This document shows, in pieces, positions 30,703-44,872 of a DNA stretch of 64,000 nt; the first letter of the stretch is position 1; the number at the start of each line of letters is the position of its first letter. This DNA is from Eledone cirrhosa. Lineage: Eukaryota. Both the position numbers and the translations under genes were made by a program. The notes below the pieces were generated by a model. The model was not told the origin of the DNA. It saw only the letters and a list, made by a program, of their open reading frames with translations, and did no database searches. The stretch covers positions 84,568,001-84,632,000 of the forward strand of contig OZ024740.1 of assembly GCA_964016885.1 (NCBI GenBank), written 5' to 3'.

Positions 30703-33700
30703 GGTCTGTTCTGACGCCTTTTTGCTCGCTCCCAGTAAGTCGCTTTATTTACCTGTTATAATTATTTGTTGTTTAATTTTTCTTGTTGTGTAAGGGGTAT
30801 AAGCCCTTGGACTTTGCCCTGTGAAGGGGAAAGTATAATATTTGGACTTTTTGGCCCAAATATTTGAACAATATTTGAACATTTTACTTTTAAAAATAAA
30901 AAAAAACCTGGCTGGACCACGCCCCCCAGCAAAATGTCTGCTGTCGTGTGACAACGGCGTAAAAGTTGAGAGGAGTGTTACAGAAATTGATACAACAAAC
31001 ACCACCACAAACAACGTGAACAAAGACAACAACACTGAGAACACTAATTTTTAAAAAATTACCATACCAACTACAACAATAATAGCGTCAACCAAAATAC
31101 AGACAACAGAAAAAACTGACAACAAATGCCACAACGATATTAACACCACTCACAAGAAAATAAACAACGACAACACCAAGAGCAACAATACAAATTGCAC
31201 TGAAAACAACAAAAACGGTGGCACCAAAAATACAACAAACTACAACAGTGATAACAGCAACAACAGCAACAACACCGTTCGTAGCACTAGCAACAGCAAC
31301 AACACCAACAACAAGACCAGTAGCGGCAGCAATAATGGTGCCGCTGAAAAAGAGGCCACTTCTTTCGCAGGTGTGGCCCGAAATATAGAGACAGTGCTAG
31401 TAACTGAGGAGGAGATGGCAGTCACAAGAGCCATGGTGACAAGAAATGACAATAGAGTTTCCCTACAACCTCCACCCGATTTCTTCAAAGACCAGCAGTT
31501 CCGCACGGTGACTTACCGCACCGTAAGCAAAATGTCACATCGGGTGGAGAGAGCCACGGAGGCTCAAATCCAAAAGGCCTTGGGGTGCGTCTGGGCGCGC
31601 AAAACCCACATCACCCGAGGCAAAAAGTACGCCACAGTAGACGTACTTTTCGTCACCCAAAGAGGCGAAATCTCACTCTTTGGAAACCCTAAAGAGGGAG
31701 GAGATAGTCTTGGTGCTCTCCTACTGCGGGCAGAAAATTGTGAGGGTCAAAGTGACCCAGGTCCCGCCCGACGTACCCATACCTTGGCTGTCCGCGTCTT
31801 TACTGGCTGGAATCGAGGAAAAGACCACCATACTGCAAATACAGAGAATGGGAAGAGAGAACTGGTCAGGAATAGGCATGCAAATGCTAATCCAGACTGT
31901 CCAGGGGTACATCGAGGCCATCCCAGACATCATAACCTCGAAGAAGGGCTCCAACTCCCTATAAACATGGAAGGAAGGCGCCGAAAGTGCTATCTCTGTG
32001 GGCAGAAGGGTCACCTCAGGGCCTTCTGCCCGCAGAAGACAGCCAAGAAGAGCCCCCCCCCCCCGCTGCTTCCGACGCCTGATCCGCTACTACCAAGAGC
32101 AGTGCAGGCAACAGAGGCAGAAGACCCTTCCATGGTGAATAGGAGGGCAACGTCCGTGGCACCCTTACCAAGGCCACGGACAACTAAAGCAGCGGCAGCA
32201 GTGGCGGCAACACCAAGAGTCGCAGTAGTCACACCGGCGGCAAAATCGCCGGAGCGGGCTCCATTACCACCACCAACAGCAGTGGATCTCATACCCCTCC
32301 CAGACGCCACGGAATATGACATGGAGTATAAGGCGGGAGGGAAGTGGCAAACGGTCTGCCACAAAAAAAACAAAAGAGGAAAAACCCCTTAGCTTCACCC
32401 TCCAAAAGTGAAGGCAGACAAAGAGGGGTAAAGGCTGCAAGGAGACTTGCAGCAACACCACCACCATCACCATCACAAGCATTTCTTCCAACAACAACCA
32501 CACCACCACCAGCATTACCAAAATCACTAACATCGCAAACACAACAAAACACACGCACCCAACAGCAACAACAAGAAAACAGCAACAAAATCATCCCTCC
32601 CCCAAAAAGTATACAGCCATAAACATGGCAAATAAAGAACTCATACAACATATAAAGCAGCACACAGACATCACAGAAAAAAACTACTACACTACACCAA
32701 CACCAAGAACTCTCCCGACAAACATAAACATCATTGAAATCAAAATAGAACAGTACAAACTTTTAAAACAAAAATTACCCAACGTAGTTGGAGACTTCAG
32801 AGGGCCGGTTACCAAGAGGATATACACTGACATCCTCTTGGAAACACCCATGACCAGCCAAAGGGACGGTTCTACTGTCCCTTCACCACACGATCAAGGT
32901 AAGTGATCCTTTCTCACTTGCCCCGTTTCTCATCCAACATGGCCGTACTTAGAATAGTCAGTATAAATGTACGTGGCCTGGGGTCATCTAGGAAGCAGAG
33001 TCACCTGCTCAACGACCTCAGGTCACTAAACATAGATGTGGTGGCCATTAGCGAGACCAGAATCTCCGAAGCACGAGCCTTCGCACCAATCTTCGGCGGC
33101 TACGATGTATACGCATCTCCCAGCCGTCTAGGATTGGGGGAAGGGGTGGTAAAGCTTTTTCAGAGAGGCTTGGACCCAGAAGCTAAGTCTGTGGTGCTGG
33201 ACGTGACCGGCAGCGAAGGCAATGTTTTCAGGCTAGTAGCCGTCTACGCCCCAACAGGGGCAGGACGGCCAGATTTCTTCAGACGTCTAGAGACCTTTCT
33301 TGGAACGTCCCGCTCTTTAGTGTTAGTGGCCGACTGGAACGGTATCTTAGATACACGCTGGGATTATGTGGGGCTAGTAGACAGGACAGGAGGTGTAAAA
33401 GCCTCAACAACCTGCTCAGACGTGTTGAACTGTCTGACAGGTATAGACTGGATTATTCGAATCTGCCAATGTGGACATGGGCAAACCACATCGGGTCATC
33501 CATATCGTATTTAGGAGTATTCTGTAGAGAAACAGATAAAGCTAGTGTAAGTTGTCCACAATTTAAAGTAGTCGACTACTCGGACCACATATTTGTGATC
33601 TGTGAAGTTCACTTAAATGGACTCCATAGGCAAGGGCCTGGCTATTGGAAGCTGAACGCGTCGTTCCCGGCGCGCAAAGCTTACAGAGACCGGATTAGAG

Positions 33701-36444
33701 AATTAGTTAAGCGTGCGTTGACGGGTGCGATCGTCAACAACAGGTGGTGGTTTACCCTGAAAAGGGCTATTAGAGTAGAATCGATAAGGTTTAGCAAAGG
33801 AGTAGTGATAGAGGAAAATAGAGTAGAGGGAGAGTTAGTTAGAAAGCTAGAAGCGGGGTATAGGACAGGCATCGCAACCGACGTGCTTGCGGCGAGATTG
33901 GCACTCAATTCTTCAACGCAAAGCATGAAGGCTGCATTGTCAGAGCTAGAGCGCGTGCTCTAAGACACGAGGGGACGAAAGCCGTTCAATGGGCCCGGTT
34001 GGTAGAGGCGCGATGTGGCAACAAGTCCACAATTCGGTCTTTGCCTGATCAAAACGGGCGCATGTTGCTCGAACCCGAGCAGATGTGTGCGGCTTTTCAA
34101 CAGCACTTTGCTCAATTGTTCGGGAGCGGCGGCGGGCCGGATCGGAGTATGGACTTCGGTGCATACCTCGACGGACTGCCGCGGCTCTCGGCGGCCGCAG
34201 CGCAGTGCTGTGAAAAGCCGATAACAGATGAAATACGGGAAGCGATGTCTAACTGCACGAGGGGTAAATCGCCAGGTTTGGATGGTCTACCCTACGAGCT
34301 TTATGCGTATATGTCAGACTTGTTCGGCGACCTCTTGGCAGATGTCTACTGCAACTGGCAGTAAAACGGGAGCATTCCCAGTTTTGTGAGCCGGGGAGCG
34401 ATGGCGCTGCTGATAAAAGACCCGAACAAGGGGGACGTTATAGACAACTTTAGGCCCATAACTCTGCTAAACGCAGGGTTTAAGATTTTGGCCAATGTGT
34501 TAGCAAAGAGAATAGGCGCTTGTCGTCGGTGATCTGGTGGGAGAGGCGCAGACATGCGCCATTCCGGACAGATCAATCCACGACAACCTCCAGCTCATGC
34601 GATACATCATAGAGAGGGTGGTTAAGGAACCTGGCACGGGTGGGACCCTGATCAACTTGGTCAATCTAAAGCATCTGATAGGGTCGACCATCAGTACCTG
34701 GCTGCGCTCTGTCCGCCAGGGTTTCCCCCTCTCGTCCTTCTTGTATGTACTGGCCCTCGAGCCGTTACTTCACAAATTGGAGACGATGAGGGGGGTCCCA
34801 CGCGAACTGGGATGCGGGAGATCCGTATCAGCTTACCCGACGACGTCACCGTGGTGGTGTCGAGCACCAAACACGTCCAGATGGTCGACACTGCTCTCAA
34901 GGAATACGAAACGGTGACAGGACAAAGATAAAACAGGAAAAGTCGGTGGGCTTGCAACTCGGCACCTGGAGAGGCAAGTCAATGCCGTCCGACAGCGTCG
35001 TGGGGCGCTGGACGGAAGGACCGGTTAAATTGCTCGGGGTCTGGTTCGGTCCGGACCTCCAGATGGAGAAAACCTGGAGCGAGATGACGAGCAGGGTAGC
35101 CTCTCACCCAGAAATGGGTCGAGAGGAGGCTGTCTCTTTAAGGACTGGCGGAGGTGGCGAATGCCTACATAGCGTCCGTCATCTGCTACCGCCTGACCGT
35201 CATACCTTGCCCCGCCCAACTCTGACCAAAAGGGAGCGCCTTCTCTTCCGCTTTTTGTGGAAGCGACGTTCTCCCATGGTCAGACGATCCATTTGCTGTC
35301 ACCACCCGTTGCGTGGAGGACTAGGCATGCCGTAGCTGATGATGCGCAAACATGCGCTGAGGCTGCGAATCTCTGGTGTTTCCTTGACGGTGAATAGGTG
35401 TGGTCGCCGTTTGCCAGACGCGCTTTTCCCCAGCTCGTCTCCTTGACGGAGCTGCAGTCCTGGATCAGGAAAGACTGAGGGATAGTGCTTGGAAGCTGGA
35501 ATGTCTCCATGCGCTCACCGCCCTCTACCAGCTGGACACTAGTATCGCTGGAACATCCACCTCGGCGTTCTATAGAGGGCTAGTGGAGGGAAAGAGTGAC
35601 GACGTTCTCGGGGAGACCCTGGGCGTCGAAGATGATCAGCTGTTCGCTCTCTTCAAGAGAACTTTCAGACCGGGGCCTATGGACAACTTCCAGAAATCCC
35701 TGGCCTGGCAGTGCTACCGGGGAGCGTTGCCGGTTCGGGATAAGCTCTACAGGCACGGAGGTGCTGTCAGACGAGCCTGTCCGAGATGCGCGCAGAGCGA
35801 CGAAACCGTCTTTCACGCACTCGTTCTGTGCCCGAGGATTGCTGACTTGTGGAGCTATGTCGAACAGCTGCTGTCGTGTGTAGGACGGATCCGGTTATCG
35901 ACTGAGTCCATTGTGCAGATAGTCCCGCTATCCTCCTTTAAAGGGGAGGAAGGGCAGGCAGTTTTCATCTTCCTGGTGGCCATGGCGAAAGAGATTATGT
36001 GGTGGACAAGGTTGAAAGGGTTGAAGACGGACACTTTCCTTTCTCAAGTTTCACTTGAAGAGTAAAATCAGGGTGGAGAGGCAAGTGCTGTCTTCTAGTA
36101 AGTTTGTTGAAAGGTGGGTGAAAGTGGTGAGTCTGGTCCGGTTAAACAGGCCCGCTCTGAGTATGCGCTTGTAGACTGAGGAGTGGGAAAACAGAGAGGG
36201 CGTTTGCCCTGGTGGGTCAGGTTGGCCGTAGTCTTGTTTGTGTGGTTTTCACCGCGAGTGACCCTCGCAGGTTTCCCCCTTTTGGGGGAATTTTTGTTGT
36301 TTGAATTTTTTTTTATTTCTATCCCGATTTCTATCTTGTTATAACCTATTTACACGACCAAAACTCACTTTGTATCGTCCTGTACTGTTCTGTGCCGTCT
36401 GTAATGTTTTTTTCGTGTCAACCCTTGTGGCCAATAAAGAAACC
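30703..36444 (+). mobile_element. Tx1 subfamily A, full-length but decayed (ORF1 knuckle; ORF2 with APE, RT and C-terminal zinc finger)
   Basis: CYLCGQKGHLRAFC, ORF2 ATG at 32939 (SINVRGL, SETRI, VYAP, DWN, SDH, GYWKLN), KSPGLDGLPYE, RQG.PLS and CPRC...H...C. The 5' end is (ATT)|GG and the tail is (ATT)n at 36445-36510. Confidence 0.92.
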
Positions 36445-36510
<66 letters not shown>

Positions 36511-39500
36511 GGCGACCTACGTAGTAAATCGTATCATCGTGAGCTCCGCAAAGGTTTGTTATTTTCAGTTGTTTAAAATTGCCATTTATGGAAAATTATT
36601 ATTGTTAACTGTATATAAGTGCACATACATTGATTTCTGAAAAGGACACTTTAAAATATTGGGGCCTTGAGCCCAAAATTTAAACTTTTTATAATTATCA
36701 AACAAAAATTTTTCTTTGAAAGATAATGGATAACTCAGAGTCACTCCTTCCTCACAATCCAACACCTCACACCGACACCACCATTGTAAATATTGGTACG
36801 TTTGCCAACACTGGAGTTGTAAGCAGTAGCAATATTTGAAATTTGTCTCAGGCAGACGTTCATTTTCCGCCATTACCAATGACTGCAGGTGTTAAAGCCG
36901 CCACCACCACCACCGCGACAACCACCACCCCCACCACCACAACAGAACGACAACAGAAACAAACAAAAAATAATTTAACTCGTGATATCGAAATGAATTC
37001 AACCAAAATGAACTCTTCCACACCGAACACCACTGACGACACCACCACCACAACTGACACTAAAATTAACAATAGCAAAAATAACGATAACAACAACAGC
37101 AACAATGAAATTAAGAAAACTACCCTGAGTTTTGCCAGAGTAGCAAAAACGTGCGAAGCGATCCAGGTAACTCAGGAGGAATTAGAAGAAGCCAAAGGAA
37201 TGGTAAAGAAAGCTTCGGGACATGTGTGGGCAAAGAAAACCCACATCAGACGTGGGCAGAAGTATGGAACTGTGGACGTGTTCTTTGAAACACCACATGA
37301 GGCCAGAGAACACTCCATGGCCCCATTAAGAAGTGACGACTTCACACTCATCCCAAGCTATTGTGGCCAGAGACTTGTGAAGATCAGGGTGACCCACGTT
37401 CCACCGGCCATCGAAATTCCTTGGCTAATGGCTGCCGTCCTCGCCGGCATCGAGGCCAACACCAAAATAATAGAAATAGCAAAAGAAAAGCAGGAGAACT
37501 GGTCCGGATCTGGGATGGAGCTCCTGATCCAAGCGGACCAAAAAAGCATTGAGGAGATCCCAGAGCTAATAGACTCACTGATGGCAGCCACCTCAACTTA
37601 ATCGTCGAGGGCAGAAGACCTAGGTGTGTCGTTTGTGGTGAAGGAACCCACCTAAGGGCTTTCTGCCCTTAGGCTAAAAGGTTGAGGCCACCTCTCTTAC
37701 CCCCCCCCCCCAGTGACTCAACCATCAACACCACCAGCAGCATAAATGGCAGCAAACAACTGTAGCACCAACTGTAACAGAAACAACCCCAGCAACAGTA
37801 GCAAAACCAACACCACCACCACCCAACGCCCCAGAACTAGCACCAGCGCCTACACCATCCACCACGCCACAACCAAAACCAACGCCTGTGGAGGATTTTC
37901 CACTCCCCGGCTTATCTCAACTGGAGAGAGATTGTGACGACGAGGAGTGGGAAACGGTATCAGGAAAGAAGAAAAAAAGTAACCAAAAAAGAAAAAATCC
38001 TCTTCCCTCCCCTCCAAAAACAAAATACAGAGGGAAACAAATAAATTATCAAACAAGAAAGTTAAGACAGATATGCCACCATCCACACCAGCATCACCAA
38101 CCCCATCACCACAAACACCAACACCATCTTCCTGGACCCAGAAGGTAAGTTAGTGGTGCTAGAACGTGACCAGCGGAGACGGGCAAGCTTTCAGGCTAGT
38201 GGCCGTCTATGCCCCGACAGGAGCAGGGCAGCGTGATTTCTCCCGGCGTCTGGAGACCTTTCTTGTGGGCGACTGAAACGGGATCTTAGATGCACGCTGG
38301 GACTGTGTGGGATTAGCGGATAGGGGAGGAGGGTGCAAGAGCCTCACCAACCTGCTCTGGCGTTTTGAACTGTCTGACAGGTACCGATTGTATTTCCCGA
38401 ATGTGCCAATGTGGACTTGGACAAATCGCATAGGGTCATCCAGATCATATCTAGATAGAGTAATTTGTAGAGAAATAGATAGGTCTAGCATAGGCTGTCC
38501 ATAATATAGTCAGCTGTCCATAATATAGTCAGCTACACGGACCACAAATTCGTGATCTGTGTGCTTGACTTAGATAGGCTTCATAGACGAGGACCCGGCT
38601 ACTGGAAGCTAAACGCGTCCTTACCAGCGCGCAAGGCCTACAGAGACCGGATTAGCGAACTAGTTAAGTGGGCGTTGACGGGGGCCATCGTCAACAACAA
38701 GTGGTGGTTTGCTCTGAAAAGAGCAATTAGAATAGAGTCCATTAGGTTTAGTAAGGCTTTAGCAATAGAGAAAAATAGAGCAGAGGGAGAATTAGTTAGA
38801 AAACTAGACGAGGCGCTTAGCAAAGACATCGCGACCGACGTACTTGCGGCGAAATTGGCCCTTGACCAATTCTTCAATGCAAAGCACGAAGGCTGCGTTG
38901 TCAGAGCTAGGGTGCGTACTCTCAGACACGAGGGAATGAAAGCCGTTCAATGGGCCCGAGTGGCGGAGGCGCGTCGTGGCAACAAAGCCACGTACCGGTC
39001 TTTGGTGGACCACGACGGGCGCATGCTACTCGATCCCGGGCAAATGTGTGAAGCTTTTAAGCGACACTTCGCTCAGTTGTTCGGGGGCAGCGGCGAGCCG
39101 GATCGAGGGATGGATTTTAGTGTCTAACTCGACGGTATGCCGCAGCTCTCGGCCACTGAGGCGGAGTGTTGCGAAAAGCCGATAACAACCGCTGAAGTAC
39201 GGGAGGCAATGACTGGCTGCACAAGGGGTAAATCGCCTGGTTTAAATGGTCTGCCCTATGAACTTTACGTACAAATGACAGACTTGTTCGGAGGCCTCTT
39301 GGCGGACGTCTACTGCAACTGGCAACAGAAGGGGAGAATTCCCAGCTCTGTGAGCCGAGGAGCGGTGGCGCTGCTGAGAAAGGATCCGAACAAGGGGGAT
39401 AACATAGATAATTTTAGGCCCATAACTCTGCTAAACACAGAGTTCAAGAATTTGGCCAAGGTGCTAGCAAAGAGGTTGGCGCTTGTCGTTGGTGGTCTAG

Positions 39501-41523
39501 TGGGAGAGGCGCAGATATGCGCCATTACCGACAGATCCACGACAACCTCCACCTCATGCGATACATCGTAGAGACGGTAGCTAGGGAACCTGGCACGGCT
39601 GGGTCCTTGATCAATTTAGATCAGTCGAAAGCTTTCGATAGGGTCGACCATCGTTCCTAGCGGCAGTCCTGAGGGCGGCTGGCTTTGGGCCCGTCTTCAG
39701 AGGCTGGATCGCTGCCATGCATAGCGACATCTGCTCTGTGGTGAGAGTGAACGGTAACCTTTCGGAACCGTTCAACATCATTCGCTCGGTCCGCCAAGGA
39801 TGTCCCCTCTCGTCCCTCTTGTACGTATTGACTCTCGAGCCATTACTGCACAAACTAGAGACGTTGAAGGGCGTCCGGCGCGAACTAGGATGCGGAAGAT
39901 CCGTGTCAGCATATGCGGACGATGTCGCCGTAGTGGTGTCGAACGCCAAACACATCGAGGTGATCGGCACTACACTAAGAGAATACGAAGCGGTGACAGG
40001 AGCAATGATCAACCAGGAAAAGTCAGTGGGCCTGCAGCTCGGCACCTGGAGAGGCAGGTCCATGCCGTCCAACAGCGTCGTCGGGCGCTGGACGGACGGA
40101 CCGGTTAAATTGCTAGGGGTCTGGTTCGGTCCGGACCTCCAGACGGACAAAAACTGGGACGAGGGGACGAGCAGGGTGGCTTCTCTCACCCAGAAATGGA
40201 CGGAAAGGAAGCTATCCCTGAAAGGTCGAGCGGAGGTGGCTAACGCGTACATCGCGTCTGTCATCTGCTACCGCCTGACCGTCGTACCTTGTCCTAAGCC
40301 CCGCCTGACTGCGCTGGAGCGTTTGCTCTTTCGCTTTTTGTGGAAGGGACGCGCTCCGATGGTCAGGTGGTCTATCTGTTGTCAACACCCGCTATGTGGA
40401 GGGCTGGGCATGCCATGGCTGATGATGCGCAGACACGCGCTCAGGCTACGACATCTCCACCTCTACCTCGACGGTGATCAGGTGTGGTCGCCGTTTGCTA
40501 GACACGTCTTTTCCAGCTCGTCTCCTTGACGGAGCTGCAGTCCTGGGTCAAGCGAAGACCGAGAGGGAGCGCTTGGAGACTGAAATGTCTTCAGACGCTC
40601 ACAACCCTCGACCAATCGGGCAATGTGATCGGTGGAAACTCCACCTCGGCGTTCTGTAGAGGATTAGTGGAGGGGAAGAGCGACAACGTACTTGGGGAAA
40701 TTCTAGGCGTCGACGAAAATCAACTAGCCAATCTCTTCGGAAGAACTTTCGGGCCAGGGCCTATGGACAACTTCCAGAAATCCCTGGCCTGGCAGTGCTA
40801 CCGAGGAGCCTTGCCAGTTCGGGATAAACTCTACAGGCATGGAGGTGCCGTCAGCCGGGCATGTCCGAGATGCGCGCAGGGCGACGAAACCGTCCTGCAC
40901 GCACTCGTCCAGTGTCCGAGAATTGCTGACTTGTGGGTTTATGTCGAACACCTGCTGTCGCGTGTAGGACGGATCCGGCTATCAGCTGAGTCCATCGTGA
41001 GGATTGCCCCGCCCTCTTCCTTTAGCCTGGAAGGGAAGGCAGTTTTTATCTCTCTGGTGGCCATGGCGAAAGAGATAGTATGGTGGACACGTTTGAAAGG
41101 GCTTAAGACGAGCACTTACCTCTTCGTTGATGCCCTGATTGACTTTTTCAAATTTCATTTGAAAAGGAAAATCAGAGTAAAGAGGGAAGTGCTCTCTTCC
41201 CAGCATTTTGTTGAAAGATGGGTGAGAGAAGCAAGAATGGACCGAGTGAATGGGCTTACTCTGAGTATGTGTCTTTAAATTAAAATTGGAAAACTGGGAG
41301 AGGGCACTTGCCTTGGTGGTCAGGGTCACTGTGGCCTTTTAATGGGCTTTCTCCACAAATGTCCCTCGGAAGTTTCCCCCCTATTGGGGAATTTTTCATT
41401 GTTATTTTTATTACATCCTCTGTTTTTTTTACACGCAGAAAGGCCCATTCGTACCGTCCTGTATTGTCCTGTACTGTCCTTAATGTCTACTTTATGTAAA
41501 CCCATGTGGTTAATAAAGAAAGC
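36511..41523 (+). mobile_element. Tx1 subfamily B, both ends present, with internal deletions
   Basis: Collinear with 44900-50623. RQGCPLS and YADD are present. Deletions lie at about 37210 and 38128, and the (ATT)n tail is at 41524-41535. Confidence 0.92.
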
Positions 41524-41535
41524 ATTATTATTATT

Positions 41536-43247
41536 CTTTGAGTCTCAGTCATTGATGTTAGTTAACTGGAAAGTTTGTTGAAATGAATATCAAGCCACTA
41601 CCTGCAGCCTCAGATATTCAGGACGTATCGGAGGGTTCTTGCTGTTCCCAGCAAGCATGCCTTTTGAAGCGTTCCAAAAAGCGTGAAGGGGCCAATTTTC
41701 TTTAACCATCCCTGGAAACTTTTTGAGATAGTCCCTAGTGCGCCTATGACAATCGGGATCACTTTGACTTCATGGCAGTTCCAAATCCTTTTTACCTCCC
41801 ACTTTATGGTATTGGTTAATTTTCTCCCTCTCCTTCTCTTGCACTCTCGTGTCGAATGGGCAGGCCACATCCACAATCAGGCACGATCTTTTTTCTTTGT
41901 CCACAACCACCAGGTCAGGTCTATTGTGTTCCAGTTTCTTGTCCGTCTGTATCCTAAAATCCCACAGCACCTTCACCTGATCGTTTTCTATCACCGACTC
42001 TGGCTTATGCTCATACCACTTCTCAGAATGTGGTAAATTGTTTACTTTGCATAGGTGCCAGTGGTTCACCCTGCCCATCACATCATGTCTCCAGCCCTTA
42101 TAGTGAGTCTGGGCTAGGTGTTTACACTCGGATACAATGTGAGCCACAGTCTCCTCTCTCCACAGATCCTGCACAGTGGGCTAGCCTCCTCCTTGTAAAT
42201 ATGGTGTTTCACCCACTTCGTTTTGAGGGCCTGCTCCTACGCAGCCATTAACATTCCTTCTGTAGCCTTTTTAAGGTCTCCTCTTTTCAACCAGTTCCAT
42301 GTCTGTGGATCTCTAAATTCAGATTTCTCAAAGAAGGTACTATGAAGGGATTTTTCCTGAAGGCTGCTCTTTCTCCTTGATGTTATTTCCTCCTTGGACA
42401 TCCCCTGGTCTATTGTCCCCTCCTTCAGTACAGTTCTGAGCATTGGCTCCTTACTATCAGTCACGTATTTGTGTAGGTTGTTTTTCTCCATCTTAACACA
42501 GTCCTCTATGCTGATAAGACCTCTTCCACCTTCAGATCTCCTTAAGTAGAGTCTATCGACATCACTCCTCTTGTGGAACATATTGTAGATAGTCAATAGC
42601 TTCCTAGTCTTCCTATCCATTTCTTTTTGTTCAGCAACATTCCATCTCAGAATTCCCGCACTGTACCTAATAATAGACACAGCTCGGGAATTTACTGCAC
42701 TTATGGCATTCCGACTGTTCAGATGTGACTTTAATACGCTCCTTACTCTACGAATGTATTCAGTTCTTATCAATTCCTTCATTTTTTTGTTCTTGATGTC
42801 ATCAGCCTCCAGAACACCCAAATACATGTATCGTTCTTCAGAGTCAATTTCCTTTATCATCTCACCTGTTGGTACCTGGATTCCGTTACTTCTGCTCAAC
42901 TTACCCCTCTTCATCACAATGACTCCACACTTACTAATACCAAATTGCATACATATACCATTGCTGAAAATACGGACAGTGTCAACAAGCACATCCAACT
43001 CCTTCTCACTCTTCCCGAAGAGCTTAAGATCGTCCATGAAGAGGAGGTGATTGATGGTAAGCCCTCCCTTTCCCAACCTGTATCCTGCTCTCACTTTTCG
43101 CAGTACACTGGTCAGGGGCATCAGGGCAAGGACAAACAACAGAGGGGACAGACAATCTCCCTGGAAGATACCTCTCTTGATCTTCACGCTTCCCAAGGAT
43201 TCTCCAGTTGATGTTAACTCTGTTTCCCAGGACTTCATACTTTTGCA
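41536..43247 (-). mobile_element. R4/Dong-clade retrotransposon, 5'-truncated (RT C-half plus RLE), with a (TAA)n tail
   Basis: Motifs GIFQGDCLSPLLF, FMDD, CRIC...H...C, RHD and NRPDLV...IVDVACP. The 3' end joins (TAA)n at 41524-41535. Confidence 0.88.
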
Positions 43248-44872
43248 CCAGACACATCCAGATGCTCGGCACCACTCTCAAGGAAAACGAAACGGTGACA
43301 GGAGCAAAGATAAACCAGGAAAAGTCGGTGGGCTTGCAGCTAGGCACCTGGAGAGGCAAGTCCATGCCGTCCAACAGCGTCGTGGGGCGTTGGACGGACG
43401 GACAGGTTAAATTGCTCGGGGTCTTGTTCAGACCGGACCTCCAGATGGAGAAAAACTTGAACGAGGTGACGAGCAGGGTGGCCTCCCTCACCCAGAAATG
43501 GGCTGAGAGGAAGCTGTCCCTGAAAGGCCGGGCGGAAGTGGAGAATGCGTACATCGCATCCGTCATCTGCTACCGCCTCACCGTCGTCCCTTGCTCCAGC
43601 CCAACTCTCACCAAAATGGAGCGCCTCCTCTTCCGATTTTTGTGGAAGGGACGCGCTCCCATGGTCAGACGATCCATCTGCTGTCAACACTCGTTTCGTG
43701 GAGGACTGGGCATGCCATGGCTGATGATGCGCAAACTTGCGCTGAGGCTGCGACATCTCTGGTGCTTCCTTGATGGTGAACGGGTGTGGTCGCCGTTCGC
43801 CAGGCATTTTCCCACAGCTCGTCTCCTTGACGGAGCTGCAGTCCTGAGTCAGAAAAAGACCGAGGGATAGCGCTTGGAAACTGGAATGTCTCCAGGCGCT
43901 CACTGCCCTCTCCCAGTTGGGCTCCAGTATCGGTGGAACATCCACCTCGGCGTTCTATAGAGGACTAGTGGAGGGGAAGAGCGACGATGTTCTCGGAGAG
44001 ATCCTGGGCGTCGAAGAAGATCAGCTGCTTGCTCTCTTCCGGAGAACTTTCAGCCCAGGGCCTATGGATAACTTCCAAAAATCTCTGGCCTGGCAGTGCT
44101 ACCGGGGAGCGCTGCCGGTTCGAGATAAGCTCTACAGGTACGGAAGTGCCGTCAGCCGAGCCTGTCCGAGATGCGCGCATAGCGACGAAACCGTTGTGCA
44201 CGCACTCGTTCAGTGCCCGAGCATTGCTGACTTGTGGAGCTATGTCGAACAGTTGCTGTCACGTGTGGGACTGATCCGGTTGTCGACTGAGTCCATTGTG
44301 CAGATGGTCTCGCCGTCTTCCTTTGAGGAGGAAGGGCAGGCGGTTTTCATCTGCCTGGTGGCCATGGCGAAAGAGATTGTGTGGTGGACAAGGTTAAAAG
44401 GATTAAAGACAAACACTTTCCTCTTCGGCGAATCCCTGATTAACTTTTTCAAGTTTCACTTGAAGAGGAAAATCAGGGTGGAGAGGCAAGTACTGCTTTC
44501 TAGCAAGTTTGTTGAAAGGTGGGTGAATGTAGCGAGAATGGTCCGAGTGAACGGGACCACTCTGAATATACGTCTGTAGTTTGAGAGATGGAAAAATTGA
44601 GAGAGGGCGCTTGCCCTGGTAGTCAGGGTGGCCGTGGTCTTTTGTGTGGTTTTCGCCACGAGTAACCCTCGGAGGGTTCCCCCCTATTGGGGAATTTTTC
44701 ATTGTTTCAATTTTCATTTTATTGTTTATATATATATATATATGTTTTATGTCTTTTTTCTTTTCTTATATAAATAATAAAAATATTTACACGCACAAAA
44801 CTCACATCATACCGTCCTGTTCCGTCTGTGATGTTTTTCTTGATGTCAGCCCTTGTGGCCAATAAAGAAATC
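43245..44872 (+). mobile_element. Tx1 subfamily A-like, 5'-truncated 3' part
   Basis: KINQEKSVGL...CPRC. The 3' UTR resembles 36180-36444 and the (ATT)n tail is at 44873-44899. Confidence 0.9.

Noticed and set aside
39611-40264. Recurrent antisense ORFs over Tx1 ORF2 (also 48850-49359 and 43024-43566)
   Set aside because: Recurrence is explained by near-identical copies of GC-rich coding sequence, with no independent domain signal.
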